Shown: positions 16,362 to 26,945 of the stretch, piece after piece | How the letters are laid out: each line of letters opens with the position of its first letter | How positions within the stretch are numbered: position 1 is the first letter of the stretch | IMG/VR virus record: IMGVR_UViG_3300022928_000025 | Location: 1-61,823 of that record | From: a virus | Lineage: Duplodnaviria > Caudoviricetes | Strand: one strand, 5' to 3' | DNA length: 61,823 nucleotides | Translations under genes and position numbers: made by a program | Notes under the pieces: model-generated | What the model saw: only the letters and a program-made list of their open reading frames with translations | The model's database searches: none | Told to the model about the DNA's origin: nothing

Positions 16362-19300
16362 CTAGAACTGGTTATAAATAGGAAGAACTCTTTCGTAGTC
16401 ACCTTGGATGAGTACTTGGTACAGCGTGTCAACGGTAGGGCCAAATACACTTACCGGCGGCTTCCCCCACTTGACATCCGTTTGGGCGCTAGTGAGAAGT
16501 GCCAAGGGTCCAAAGACTCCCGCGCTTCCATAAGCCGCTGCGAAATATTCGCCCCACTCCATATCGTCAGTTTTAAATATCGAAGCGTCTGCTTCGCGGA
16601 ACGGAAGTATCGCTTTCATTGCGTATTTGGTTTTCTCTTTTAACTCAAGAGAAAGCATCGCAAACGGAAGGACTGCTAAACCGAAAAGCGCCATGTGAGG
16701 AGCGAGATCTTGAGCAATTATCTGCCCGCCTGTTTTACCGGCTGCGCGCCCTTCTTGCTGCCGTGCTTTCATCTCACGCACTACACCACCTATGACAACT
16801 TGGCCGTAGGAGTAAGGGAAAGATTTTAACTGCCAGAGAAGCGCATAACGCGGGTCGGACGCCCACATGGGTCGCTCTGCTGCATTTGGGCGGAGCATGG
16901 TGGACTCGACGAACTTCTGAAGCCCCTGCTTAACTGCGAGTCCTGAAGGCGTACTAAACCCTTTGCCCTCAGATACCCACTGCTTAACCACGCCAGCCTC
17001 TAACCCAAGCTCATTTAAGTAACGACCCGAGCGGCTGTTGGGCGTAGTGGCATGCTTTATAATAAAGTTCTGCGCCATCTGCGCGGCGAAGACTCGTGTA
17101 AATTTAGTGAATAGGTTTAGTCCGGTATATTCAAAGAACTTGTTTGCCGCCGCTCTAGCTGTAGGAGTTAGATACTGCATATCCGACTCGCTCATAAATG
17201 CATTAGCAAGAGAGTCATTGCCTATGACACCTATGTCCCGCGCAAACTCCCACCGCTCTTTGGGATCTAAAATTGTGGCCGCGATTGTTTTGAAGCCTTC
17301 AAATACGCCCGAAAACTCTCGAGTGTTAATTACTGCTGCAGCCAGCTCGGGTATGGATGATATTGTAGCCAAACTAAGAACTGTAAAGATCTGAAGAGTC
17401 TGCGCCGCGCTCGATAACTTCTGCATGTCCTCACTTAACGGGGGATAAAAACCTAGTGCCGCGCCGAGTGCTTTCTTGGCTGTCGCTTGATCTTTTTCAG
17501 ATAGCTTAGCCAACTCTGCAGTTAGCGTATTTTCGCCGGACTTAGTGGCTCTGTTCCATTCGACGCGTTTTACAAGACGTCTCACGTAAGAAATTAATGC
17601 CACTTCCGCCGGCTTGGAATATTTATCGAGTAGCTCGCGACGAACCCCTTTGGTCAACTCAATAGATTCTTCTGCGGTATGTAAAGGGTCTAAGCCATCT
17701 ATCAGCGCCTCGGTTACATTTTCAGACGCAGTTCGTGCATTGTTTATGGTTGCAACAATAATTTCTTTAACTTGTGACGCTGTTATATCGCCGCGTTCAG
17801 TAGCGATAGTCTCAGAAAATCCGTCTAGATCTGCTGAGATAGCGTCGAAGTCTAGTAGCACTGTGTAGAAATCTTCTCGAAAACCAACTGATGTATTCTC
17901 TTCTTGGGATACATACTCGTCATAGAAGCGTTTAAGAAATCCACGAATTTGCTGCGCTTGTTCTGACAGTTCGCTTGTTGGTTTATCGGTCCTCGCCTCT
18001 TGCGCTGAATCCTTAAATTCTTGTGAAGTAAGATCGCCAAAAGTTTTTACTAATTGGCCTTCTATTTCATTTATCTTCAACGTAGATTTTTGAATGAAGC
18101 CAAGCCCTTTCTCACCGGAACGACCATAAATCATATTTGCTATTTTTACGCCTGCGCCGGTCTTAGCGCTGAGTCTCCTTACCACAGATTGCATGGGCGC
18201 AAAAATCTCCCACACTTTGTTAAGAATACTTTGCGTGTTTTTCTGAACCGCGGCGGTAGTGTTTTGATCAGATTTAGTAGGTAGTTTTGCCGCTCGATTA
18301 ACAGCATCGTTAATTGCAGCGAGCTTCATTTCCGACTTCATTGAAGATGGTTTAGCTTTAGTTTTTTGTTTAGGCGCAGGTTTCAAATCTGCATCTGCAG
18401 CAATTAACACTTCTCGGTTACCATTACTGTCCATTGGTGAAATAACACCAGCCGCTTCCATTTGGTCAAACAGCTCAACGGTTTTATTATACCCAATGCG
18501 TAATTCCCTCTGAACGGAGGAAATTGTAGCGTTTCGAGATTTTGCTACAGCAGCAACGGCTTGGTCGTAGATACTAGACCTGCTAATTTCTGATGTTATG
18601 TCAGTAAAACCAAATATTTTGGCCCGCATGAGTGCAGGGGTAGCAGAAGGATCGATAGCCCTACGTTGCCCCGCTGAAGGATCCTGCTTTCGTATTATTG
18701 ACTCCGCGATGAAGTCATCGACAGCTTGCGAATACTCTTGCCCGAAACGTTTTCTGCTGTTCGTGCTTAATGAGTTCCACAGGGATTTTAAGCGTTCCGC
18801 GACTCTCGCGAAGAATCTATGAACTACTCCTTGGGCTTTGATATTTTTCGTGGTCCACTTCGCTGTTTGGTCAGCCACCCACTCCTCAAAACCGTCCCTG
18901 CCTGGAGCGTCGTCGTAGAGCTCAGGGGACTTCGCCCGTGCCTTTTCAAAGTCCCGATAGAGACGGCCTCTAAGCTCAGGGTCTTGCAAAGCAGTTTGCA
19001 TCTCTTCAATGAACAGCGCATGGCCAATTTCATGTCCCGCTGTCAGCGTCAGCTCTAGCTCATTACCGCCGAGCACTTCATCGTTGAGAATAACAACATG
19101 CACCCCGTTGCCATCATTGCTGCGCAAGCGGTAATGTACACCGCCCGTTTTCCCATCGATGCTGTTTGCAATCTCTTGCAATGCCACACCGACATCTCTG
19201 TCGCTGGTCAAGTCGAAAATGCCATCGCCCAGCGCTTTGAGCCTACTGAGAGGCATTACAACTACCTTGCCTTTCAACCTCAGCTTCTTGAGTGCTTGGT

Positions 19301-22300
19301 TGATAGTGACCGACACCGCTTCAGGGATACCCCCCAAAGGATACTCTGCAAAAGTTCTCTCGGGATCATCAAGAACAGCGGTGGTTTGCTTAGCATCTAA
19401 GACAAACTGCGGGTTTCCTTTCGGGACCCCGCCAACACCTGTTGTCGCCCTCTTCTCACTATATCCCGTCTTTGGGGGCGGCTCTTCGTTGAGCAATCTA
19501 GTGTTGGCACTATCAAGGTTTACTGCCTCGGGACCACCATCAAAAACCCCGTCTTGTTTTTCAGTGAATCCAGTAAAAGCATCAGATAGACCTGTTGTTG
19601 GAATAGTATCTTCCGGCTTAGTATCTTCGTCTTGAATTAACCCAAATACCGCTTTTTCTCTGCGTCTGTCTTTAGCTCCTTCAGACGTAAACCCGCTGAA
19701 CGAATCATCTTGTGCTCCTAACATTATTTCTTCTGATCTAATGTTATCTTGTTTCGCCTTTTCTAACTGAGCGGCATAAGCATCACGCCTGGTAGAAGTT
19801 GCGTCGGGTTCTCTCGCATCAAATTCAGCAAGAGCCCTTTTAATGAGTCTGTCGTTGGCTTCTGCCACGTCCTTCAATCTTTTTACATTCTTTTTAGACA
19901 GTGGTTTTGTGGCTGTGTTTGGATTTCGGTTAAGTAGATCGTAAAGAGTGTCGCCTTTAGCATTAACCGTGACTAAGTTGTAACTCTGAGGTATACCACT
20001 TCTACCGTCCTCGAAAGCAAGACCAGTTCTCGGCGCTTTGACGTCACCTCGCAGCTCCCTGCCGGCAACTCTGAGTTCATAGCCTTGAACATTTAACTGA
20101 CCCATAATTGTACTCAGGCCACTGACGTCCGAATCAATTCCGTCAAAAGAGCCACCGAGTTCTGTCTCGTTGATCCTCTTCCCCGCCGCGATCATGTCTG
20201 CAATGTTAACGGTAAATTCTTCTGTAACTGTCCCGTCTTCGTCGACTGCTACCACTGACACGCCGGCGTCCTTGCTGAATTTACTCCGCCGTGACGCGCG
20301 CGCAATAGACTCCTGGATAAACTGCCCAAGTGGTAGACGACGTTGGTTGCCGCGTTTGTCTTGGATTGTATAAAGGTCACCGCCTAAGCTGGTCATCTCA
20401 ATACGGAAACGATTATCGTCCCCGAGCACTAGCTCAACTTGTGATTCAGGATTGACTGACTGGAGCTTGTTTACTTTTCTTAAAGTCGAATCGCTCGCCA
20501 ACCCAAGGGGGCTAGTTGACCAATTAACTGTCTTATTAAACGTATTCTCATATTCACGGCGGAGAGATTCCGTTTCGGGGAATATCTGATCCGCGCTTTG
20601 TTTAGGCTGATAGGTCTGCTGCTCTCTGCCATCTTCGGTGAGTTCTATCTGAATAGGCTCAGCTTCCGTAAGGCCCATGTCCTGCGCGGTCGCTTCAGGC
20701 TGCGACTGCTCGTTAGGGTCTACCGCTTCATCTGGATCAATCGTCATGTTGCGGCCTCTTTCAGCCGCGACTCGCTGCGCTCTTTGCTCTTGCGCTTGTG
20801 CTAGCGGAAGTTCCGCAATCTTGCCTTTCGAACCTGCTATATTCTGAGCAGCTACTCTGGCGGCGGGCAAACCTTCCTGCGTAGTAAGCTCTTCAGAAAT
20901 AACCTCGCCCTTCGCGTCGAGCACCTGCACAACAGTGGTCGCGTTCTCTGTCGGTGCTTTTGTCGCGCTGTAACCTAGCGCGGCGCCAACTGAGGAATCA
21001 GAACCGTTGTCGTTAACAACGCTGTTAACCACGTCGATGTCTTCAGAGAAAATCGTACCGCGCCCTTTTATGTTGGCAAAATAAACTTTCTTACCGTTTC
21101 TAGTGCTAGTGCCGCTTGAATTCTCTTCTATATCACCTAAGCCGTTATCTTTAGGTTCACCGGCAACCCACACCGCCTTCTTGCCGTAGCCTTCGTCCTG
21201 CATCGCGTCATACTGCGCGAAAATGTCGCCTTGAGATTCTTGTGTCGTATAGAAACCGCCAACATTGCCATACTGCTCTTGGTCAACTTCTGAGGAAACT
21301 TCTTGCGCGCGGCCTTTCCTAGACAGCTCTTTGGCTTTATCAAATACTCGCGATATCGCGTCTGGCGTTGTGGCCACAGCTGCACCGCCACCGCCCATAG
21401 CAGTACCGGCTATAGTGCCCATGAACCATGCCTGACCGAGTCTTAGATTTGCGTCGTCTTGGGTGTAGCTGTCATCCACAGCCATTCGCTGTGCAACCAG
21501 AAGACCTTCTTGGCCGAGCTCAGTTGCGCCCTCGGTTATAGAACTAAGGCCCGCATTCTTAGCAATGTTGGTGGCATACAGATTTAATATGCTCTTAGGA
21601 TCAGAACCTGCTTTGCGTTTCGCAAGCTTAGCGAGGTTGCTAAGGACAAGCGCTTCGCCGGTTACCTCGAGCGCCGTTGATGCACCGCCAAGTAACAAGG
21701 ACTGCAGGGCGCGGTCTGCGTTGAGATCTACGCCTGCCTCGTCAAATTCTTTAAAACTCTCGCCGGTGTTAATAGGATAAGTGCCAGCTACAACACCAGT
21801 TTGACCGCCGATCTTCGCCCCACGTTTTGTTTGGCTCCAAAGCCCTTCGACAATGTCGTTCTCGAGCGCATCGAGCGTTTCGCCACGGCCTTTTTTCTGG
21901 ACAATGTCAGTGACCAGCTTTTTCGTTATCGCTTCGACGCCTTCTGTCGCTGCTTTCCGAGCCGCGCCGTAAGCAAGGGGAGCTGCACCACCTGTAATAA
22001 AACCAGTAAGACCCGCAGCAATCGTTTCCGCCGCGAATGGGGTTACTTGCCCAAGGCCCATCTGAACTTGGTTCAAGAACCCAGAGAATGTTGGAGCATC
22101 AGTGAATTCTTGAAATGTTTCGAGTCCCGCTACAGCTTTCGACGCTTGATCGGATCGAATGCGCGCGGTCTCTATGTTTCTCTGAGCGCCCTCTTCGTCT
22201 CCGATGAGAGTGTTACCAAGCGCTTTAAAATATTCGATATCACCCGCAAACGCGTTAGCGCCTTGACGAATGCCCGCTTTGAACGGACTGTACGCGGTGC

Positions 22301-22430
22301 CAGCGGTATAAGTGGTATCAGGCGCGGGGGAGTCGGCAGTAATTATTTGATCAAGAAGCGCATTATTCTGCTCAACGAGCTTAGCGTCTTGTGCAATTAT
22401 ACTGTTTAAATATTCTGTTGCGCTCGGCAT
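16362..22430 (-). CDS. Large internal virion/ejection ('polyvalent') protein with HExxH motif and FtsK-gamma-like domain
   Basis: 2022 aa, last of a series of helical internal proteins; AGHEIGH...EEWVAD; YDQAV...ATISSVQRELRIGYNK...MEAAGVISPMDSNGNREVL. Confidence 0.8.
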   Translation of the reverse strand: MPSATEYLNSIIAQDAKLVEQNNALLDQIITADSPAPDTTYTAGTAYSPFKAGIRQGANAFAGDIEYFKALGNTLIGDEEGAQRNIETARIRSDQASKAVAGLETFQEFTDAPTFSGFLNQVQMGLGQVTPFAAETIAAGLTGFITGGAAPLAYGAARKAATEGVEAITKKLVTDIVQKKGRGETLDALENDIVEGLWSQTKRGAKIGGQTGVVAGTYPINTGESFKEFDEAGVDLNADRALQSLLLGGASTALEVTGEALVLSNLAKLAKRKAGSDPKSILNLYATNIAKNAGLSSITEGATELGQEGLLVAQRMAVDDSYTQDDANLRLGQAWFMGTIAGTAMGGGGAAVATTPDAISRVFDKAKELSRKGRAQEVSSEVDQEQYGNVGGFYTTQESQGDIFAQYDAMQDEGYGKKAVWVAGEPKDNGLGDIEENSSGTSTRNGKKVYFANIKGRGTIFSEDIDVVNSVVNDNGSDSSVGAALGYSATKAPTENATTVVQVLDAKGEVISEELTTQEGLPAARVAAQNIAGSKGKIAELPLAQAQEQRAQRVAAERGRNMTIDPDEAVDPNEQSQPEATAQDMGLTEAEPIQIELTEDGREQQTYQPKQSADQIFPETESLRREYENTFNKTVNWSTSPLGLASDSTLRKVNKLQSVNPESQVELVLGDDNRFRIEMTSLGGDLYTIQDKRGNQRRLPLGQFIQESIARASRRSKFSKDAGVSVVAVDEDGTVTEEFTVNIADMIAAGKRINETELGGSFDGIDSDVSGLSTIMGQLNVQGYELRVAGRELRGDVKAPRTGLAFEDGRSGIPQSYNLVTVNAKGDTLYDLLNRNPNTATKPLSKKNVKRLKDVAEANDRLIKRALAEFDAREPDATSTRRDAYAAQLEKAKQDNIRSEEIMLGAQDDSFSGFTSEGAKDRRREKAVFGLIQDEDTKPEDTIPTTGLSDAFTGFTEKQDGVFDGGPEAVNLDSANTRLLNEEPPPKTGYSEKRATTGVGGVPKGNPQFVLDAKQTTAVLDDPERTFAEYPLGGIPEAVSVTINQALKKLRLKGKVVVMPLSRLKALGDGIFDLTSDRDVGVALQEIANSIDGKTGGVHYRLRSNDGNGVHVVILNDEVLGGNELELTLTAGHEIGHALFIEEMQTALQDPELRGRLYRDFEKARAKSPELYDDAPGRDGFEEWVADQTAKWTTKNIKAQGVVHRFFARVAERLKSLWNSLSTNSRKRFGQEYSQAVDDFIAESIIRKQDPSAGQRRAIDPSATPALMRAKIFGFTDITSEISRSSIYDQAVAAVAKSRNATISSVQRELRIGYNKTVELFDQMEAAGVISPMDSNGNREVLIAADADLKPAPKQKTKAKPSSMKSEMKLAAINDAVNRAAKLPTKSDQNTTAAVQKNTQSILNKVWEIFAPMQSVVRRLSAKTGAGVKIANMIYGRSGEKGLGFIQKSTLKINEIEGQLVKTFGDLTSQEFKDSAQEARTDKPTSELSEQAQQIRGFLKRFYDEYVSQEENTSVGFREDFYTVLLDFDAISADLDGFSETIATERGDITASQVKEIIVATINNARTASENVTEALIDGLDPLHTAEESIELTKGVRRELLDKYSKPAEVALISYVRRLVKRVEWNRATKSGENTLTAELAKLSEKDQATAKKALGAALGFYPPLSEDMQKLSSAAQTLQIFTVLSLATISSIPELAAAVINTREFSGVFEGFKTIAATILDPKERWEFARDIGVIGNDSLANAFMSESDMQYLTPTARAAANKFFEYTGLNLFTKFTRVFAAQMAQNFIIKHATTPNSRSGRYLNELGLEAGVVKQWVSEGKGFSTPSGLAVKQGLQKFVESTMLRPNAAERPMWASDPRYALLWQLKSFPYSYGQVVIGGVVREMKARQQEGRAAGKTGGQIIAQDLAPHMALFGLAVLPFAMLSLELKEKTKYAMKAILPFREADASIFKTDDMEWGEYFAAAYGSAGVFGPLALLTSAQTDVKWGKPPVSVFGPTVDTLYQVLIQGDYERVLPIYNQF

Positions 22431-24646
22431 TACATTGCCACCGGCGAACGTTCTCGTGCTTTCGGAATTAGGGTTTTGTCTACGTATTCCCTACCAAACA
22501 AATTGTAGGCCACTATTAATGGAATTTCTCCCCTTGATATGCCGGCCTCGTCTCCGACATCGATAAACCCGAAGGTTTTCCCTTTTGGATCTACAACGAT
22601 GCGATCTAATAGGCTATCAATTGGATAGTCTACAGATGAATCCGACCGCACAAGATTTTGCCAAAACTCCTCGCTGAACATGCCAGGGTCTTTCTGTTCT
22701 GCATATTTCTTGAGTACAACGGCCGCAACCTCAGCAGCACCTCGGCCATAAGCGAATTTTGCAGGACCCTCTGGAAGGTCTTCGAAAGTACTAAATATAC
22801 GTCGTGCATCCGCTGTAATTGATACGTCGTTCCAGGGAACGGCGTCCTCCCCCTGCGCACCGGCTCTCACTGTTAGTGCATATACCTCGTCGTTCACTTT
22901 CTCAGTGATCTCTCTAAAATCTTTACTTTCAGCCGCTCTAGATTCATTTATTCTCTGGTTTAGAGTTGCCCGATTACCGAAATCGTCGATTTGCTCGCCC
23001 CGCCCATAATCCATGTCGCCGCGCTCTGCAAGATTAAACAGCTTTTGTAAAAGCGCTTGCTGTTGAGCAACGTTAAGAGATGCATCAGAAGTGGCTATTA
23101 TAGCTGCCGCAAGAGTTGCCTCCCGTGACCGTATATTTCCCAGATCTGAGGCCGTTGTAACGCCGGCATTCTTTAGTAATTGAGCCGTTTGATTGCGCTG
23201 ATCGTCTGTAAAAACTAAGTCTCCTTCTTTAATCTTCGCAATCATGTTCTCGCGAGTAAGCGTCATATCAGGTGGATCAATAGGGTTTTCTTCGGTGCCT
23301 AACTTGCTATCAGGCGTCACAGCTGATGGATTTAAGATTTCAAAATCCCTACGAGCATTCTTTAGATCACGTATGTCTTGTTGACCAGCGTGGCCACTTC
23401 TTACCGCCCTATTCTCAAGTTTCTCTATCTGAGTTTCTAAGCCGCTCGCGTAATCTTGTACTTTTTTTGCTGACGACATAGCCATTCGTGATCGATATTG
23501 ATCGGCTTCGTCCGTCATCGAATCGGGGTCATTCACATCAACGGCAGACGGAGAACGTCTCTGCTCAAAACCTTTTAGTAAACTCTTTAGCTTAGGGCTC
23601 GCGTTTTCAGGGATATTCATAGCACCAAAAGCGCCATCTTCAGATCGCTCGAAACTAAGACCCATAGCCTCTAGCGACGCTATCGCTTCCTCTCCTGATT
23701 CCGCAGCAGAAGGCAGGCGCGGGTTTCCAGAAGATTGTGATGTTGGGGATTGCTGAGTTGGTCTTGGGAACTGCGCTGCCACGTCCTCTGCAGACATACC
23801 GTGCACATCTATTATCATTTGAGCCAGCTCATCGTAGCTCGCATTATTTACATCAAGAAGGGCTCTTCTACCCGCGATAACGCCTCCAGTATCCCCAGCC
23901 TGACCCAACTGGCTTGTTTGGTCGCCGAGCCCCTGAGCGGCGAGTTTTACCATGTCGGCTCTAAGAACTGCGTCATTCATCATGGTGCCATATATCTGGG
24001 CTTGCGGTGATTCCCACCCCCCGTTAGACATCATGCCACCAAGACCATTTGCAAAGATTCGTCTCAACGTCGCGCCATCGAACTCTATGACGGGATCTGC
24101 ATCATCAGTTGTGCCCCCTTCTGTTAATGGCCCTTCTGTTTCGGCGTTTCCTACAATAACAGCATAGCGGTCATCACCAAGTTCTTCGATTTTCACTGTC
24201 TCGTATTCACCACCCGAGGGGGACCGTACTGCGGTGAACTGGGGAGACTGCTTCAGAACATTCACTACCGATTCTTTGTCGGTTGCCCACAGTTTTTCAA
24301 AAACGTCGTCGCTGACATTGAAGCCCCCATATTCATCGATGGTCAAACCTGGTCCAATGATCGGGATGATTGACGACGCTATTATCTTGTTTTCATATGC
24401 AATATTTAGAGCGTCTGCCGCACGGTCTTGATTGGCTTGCTGGGCGGTCTGATTTCTTACTGACTCTTCGGTTGCCAAGAGTTGTCTATTGCGGGCCTCA
24501 TTATTTTGTACGTCCTGAGTTTTTTGATAGGCGAGCTCAGCATCACGCTGCGCCAGAACGGAATCTCTGTACTCGTTATTTGCACGATCCTGTTTGCGTT
24601 GCCGCATCATGTTCAACATCGGCGAAAGGTCACCTAATCCAGCCAT
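22430..24646 (-). CDS. Internal virion/ejection protein
   Basis: 738 aa helical, Gln-rich N-terminus; position in a podovirus ejectosome cluster. Confidence 0.65.
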   Translation of the reverse strand: MAGLGDLSPMLNMMRQRKQDRANNEYRDSVLAQRDAELAYQKTQDVQNNEARNRQLLATEESVRNQTAQQANQDRAADALNIAYENKIIASSIIPIIGPGLTIDEYGGFNVSDDVFEKLWATDKESVVNVLKQSPQFTAVRSPSGGEYETVKIEELGDDRYAVIVGNAETEGPLTEGGTTDDADPVIEFDGATLRRIFANGLGGMMSNGGWESPQAQIYGTMMNDAVLRADMVKLAAQGLGDQTSQLGQAGDTGGVIAGRRALLDVNNASYDELAQMIIDVHGMSAEDVAAQFPRPTQQSPTSQSSGNPRLPSAAESGEEAIASLEAMGLSFERSEDGAFGAMNIPENASPKLKSLLKGFEQRRSPSAVDVNDPDSMTDEADQYRSRMAMSSAKKVQDYASGLETQIEKLENRAVRSGHAGQQDIRDLKNARRDFEILNPSAVTPDSKLGTEENPIDPPDMTLTRENMIAKIKEGDLVFTDDQRNQTAQLLKNAGVTTASDLGNIRSREATLAAAIIATSDASLNVAQQQALLQKLFNLAERGDMDYGRGEQIDDFGNRATLNQRINESRAAESKDFREITEKVNDEVYALTVRAGAQGEDAVPWNDVSITADARRIFSTFEDLPEGPAKFAYGRGAAEVAAVVLKKYAEQKDPGMFSEEFWQNLVRSDSSVDYPIDSLLDRIVVDPKGKTFGFIDVGDEAGISRGEIPLIVAYNLFGREYVDKTLIPKARERSPVAM

Positions 24647-24655
24647 TTCTTTCTC

Positions 24656-25249
24656 CTAGAACGACAACGCAAAAATGGCCATTGCGCCTAACTGGCCAAT
24701 GGTGCTGTATGTATTTGCTCTGCTCTGCGCTTTAGCTGCGTCAAATGCCTGCCTGCGCGAGTTAGCATCAGCTGCAGCAGAACCTAGCTGGCTCTGGCTT
24801 GAGCGGTTTACGCCTTGGCCAATGTTTATAAGATCGGCTTTTAAGTTAGTGTTAGCTTCGTTCTGCGCAATGCGAGCATCACCAACCGATTGGATCTGCC
24901 CAAGAATGCTGCCGCGCTGTATTGAACCTCGCATCGCCTGCACCTGAGCAGGAGTCATTTGACCGCCGTAACGCTGCTGGTTTCTTGACGCAATCTGCTT
25001 AGTAAGATCACTTGCCGACGTTGAATCTAGGCGTGCTTGGTCTACCAAAGAGGTGTCAGTCTGGGCGCGCTTGATAAGATCATTTTCCATACCGCGAAAA
25101 TTCTTAATGTAATCTTGGAACTCGCCGCGAGTGATTTGGGCATAGGCCGCTTCAGGATCTGCAACCACCGGAAGTGATGAGTTACCCTGCGAAGCGTTAG
25201 TTGGCAAATAGCCAAGGCCTTCCATGTCTTCATAGTTTCTATTGCTCAT
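24656..25249 (-). CDS. Internal virion/ejection protein
   Basis: Gln/Ala-rich helical protein with a hydrophobic C-terminus. Confidence 0.6.
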   Translation of the reverse strand: MSNRNYEDMEGLGYLPTNASQGNSSLPVVADPEAAYAQITRGEFQDYIKNFRGMENDLIKRAQTDTSLVDQARLDSTSASDLTKQIASRNQQRYGGQMTPAQVQAMRGSIQRGSILGQIQSVGDARIAQNEANTNLKADLINIGQGVNRSSQSQLGSAAADANSRRQAFDAAKAQSRANTYSTIGQLGAMAIFALSF

Positions 25250-25253
25250 ACGC

Positions 25254-25871
25254 TTACCCGTTTACAAAGTAGTTGAACCGGTCTCTCAGCGAACTTACTC
25301 GTTGCGGAGGTCCGGCTTGGCCACGCGGCATATTCTTCTGCGGAGTGAAGAACGTGCCTCCAGTCTCCTTATTGTCCAATCCCTGCATCACAAATGCGCC
25401 ACCGATAGTAGTCGCAGCATCTATTTTAGATTGAGCGACCATCTGCTTATTCCTGGCGCGGTTCAGTGCTTCACTTGTGCCTAATCGGGAAAGTTGTGCC
25501 ATGCCCGTAGAAGCATCCGCCGCCTGCCCGCGAGCAGTGCCAAGGACATTCGTGCCCATCTGGTTCTGAATTTGTTTCGCTGAGGTATTAGCGACGCCAA
25601 GCTGTCCTTGGTACGCTTTTCCGAGGTCAGACCCGTAATCAACCTGCTGAGTATTTCTATAAGAGGGCTGTGTCAGCGCCTGCATAGTGTCGGCGTTTGC
25701 ACGCCCACGAAGCGTTGTGCCAACATCCGCTGACTTCGCTTGGTCTCGCATTTCTTGCAAGAGCGGAGAATAGTTCTGTTTAAAGTAGTTGTAGTTCTGA
25801 AGAGCCACAGACGCTGAGGCTTTCTCCGCATCTGAAGCTTGGTAATCAGACTGTTTAGGTTTTGAAGACAT
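25254..25871 (-). CDS. Internal virion/ejection protein
   Basis: Gln/Ala-rich helical protein; synteny. Confidence 0.6.
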   Translation of the reverse strand: MSSKPKQSDYQASDAEKASASVALQNYNYFKQNYSPLLQEMRDQAKSADVGTTLRGRANADTMQALTQPSYRNTQQVDYGSDLGKAYQGQLGVANTSAKQIQNQMGTNVLGTARGQAADASTGMAQLSRLGTSEALNRARNKQMVAQSKIDAATTIGGAFVMQGLDNKETGGTFFTPQKNMPRGQAGPPQRVSSLRDRFNYFVNG

Positions 25872-26304
25872 GACATGATCGCCTATAAACTATGTGATCC
25901 AGCTCCCAATCCCAGTGTTCCAGTGCTTCGCCTAGACGCTCGTTTTGGGTCCTCGTTTCGATCCACGCATAACCACTGTCCGCAGCAACTCGTGTCAGTT
26001 CTTCAAGGTGCCGAAACAAAACTGATGTTCCGTTTGGTTTACTCCAACACACCCAAACGAGTAGTGTCTTTTCGCCTGAATACTGGTCTGTCTCACTAGT
26101 CGTTACTGCAAACGCTTTGTCTGCAACCCACAATACTGCGTGTCCCGATTTAACCTCTGCATACACATCTTCTGGGATGTACGTTAAGTGTGGATTAGCC
26201 TCGAGAATCTCTTCTATCGCAGGCTTAATCCAATGCCACTCGGTTCGTATCTCACCTATATTGAGTGTATCGCCGGCGGAAAGGGCTACTGTGGTAACCT
26301 CCAT
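25855..26304 (-). CDS. GNAT-like protein in the T7 gp13-like position (start uncertain)
   Basis: Alpha/beta pattern 'LLVWVCW...AADSGYAWIETRT'; lies between the adaptors and the ejection proteins. Confidence 0.5.
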   Translation of the reverse strand: MEVTTVALSAGDTLNIGEIRTEWHWIKPAIEEILEANPHLTYIPEDVYAEVKSGHAVLWVADKAFAVTTSETDQYSGEKTLLVWVCWSKPNGTSVLFRHLEELTRVAADSGYAWIETRTQNERLGEALEHWDWELDHIVYRRSCHVFKT

Positions 26305-26929
26305 ATTTCACATTCCTTGCTATTGGTGTATTTCCTGAACGCGCTTTATTCTCAGCATCTTTGACGCCTTCGTTGTAAAGCATTCCGTACATCTGCGCCG
26401 CAGCGTAATCAGTCCAATCTTTCGACGGAGTTCGCAACAATCGAAACAAGGCGCCATTTACAATTGCGTCTTTGTTATCGTTTAGTATCTCGTCGCTAAG
26501 AGTCGTACTGGTTACTGTTGGCTTAAGTACAGCGCGTAAAATCACGCTCTCGACAACCGTAGTATTTGGCACCGGAGCTAACCAAAACGTACTTTGGGTC
26601 TGCTGGACAAAATACTCGGGGATAGAAAACTTAGAAGGGTCGCGCCAATTTGGCTGACGCTTTTCTAAAAGCGCAGTACTGATAGGCTCTAACTTGTCAC
26701 CCTTGTAGACAGCCCAAAGAATCTTCTCAACGACCGTGCCTTTTGGAGGCTCGAGGTCATATTCATAGATTTTTGCAACCGTCGTTACAGGGTCTAGTTC
26801 TTGCTGATAGATTTCAGATTTGACGCACAGGTCTATGGCCGCGGAGCGAAGAGCTGATATAGCCATCGCATCTGAGCAGCCATGAACGCTGGGTAAAACG
26901 TCTGGTAGTAAAGACTCGAAAGTCGCCAT
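26252..26929 (-). CDS. Head-tail adaptor-like protein
   Basis: 'V.GC......ALR.AAID.C', 'PEYF...LAPVP', 'AIVNGAL.RL...P.KDWTD' motifs. Confidence 0.65.
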   Translation of the reverse strand: MATFESLLPDVLPSVHGCSDAMAISALRSAAIDLCVKSEIYQQELDPVTTVAKIYEYDLEPPKGTVVEKILWAVYKGDKLEPISTALLEKRQPNWRDPSKFSIPEYFVQQTQSTFWLAPVPNTTVVESVILRAVLKPTVTSTTLSDEILNDNKDAIVNGALFRLLRTPSKDWTDYAAAQMYGMLYNEGVKDAENKARSGNTPIARNVKYGGYHSSPFRRRYTQYR

Positions 26930-26945
26930 TGGCGGTCACCTCAAA

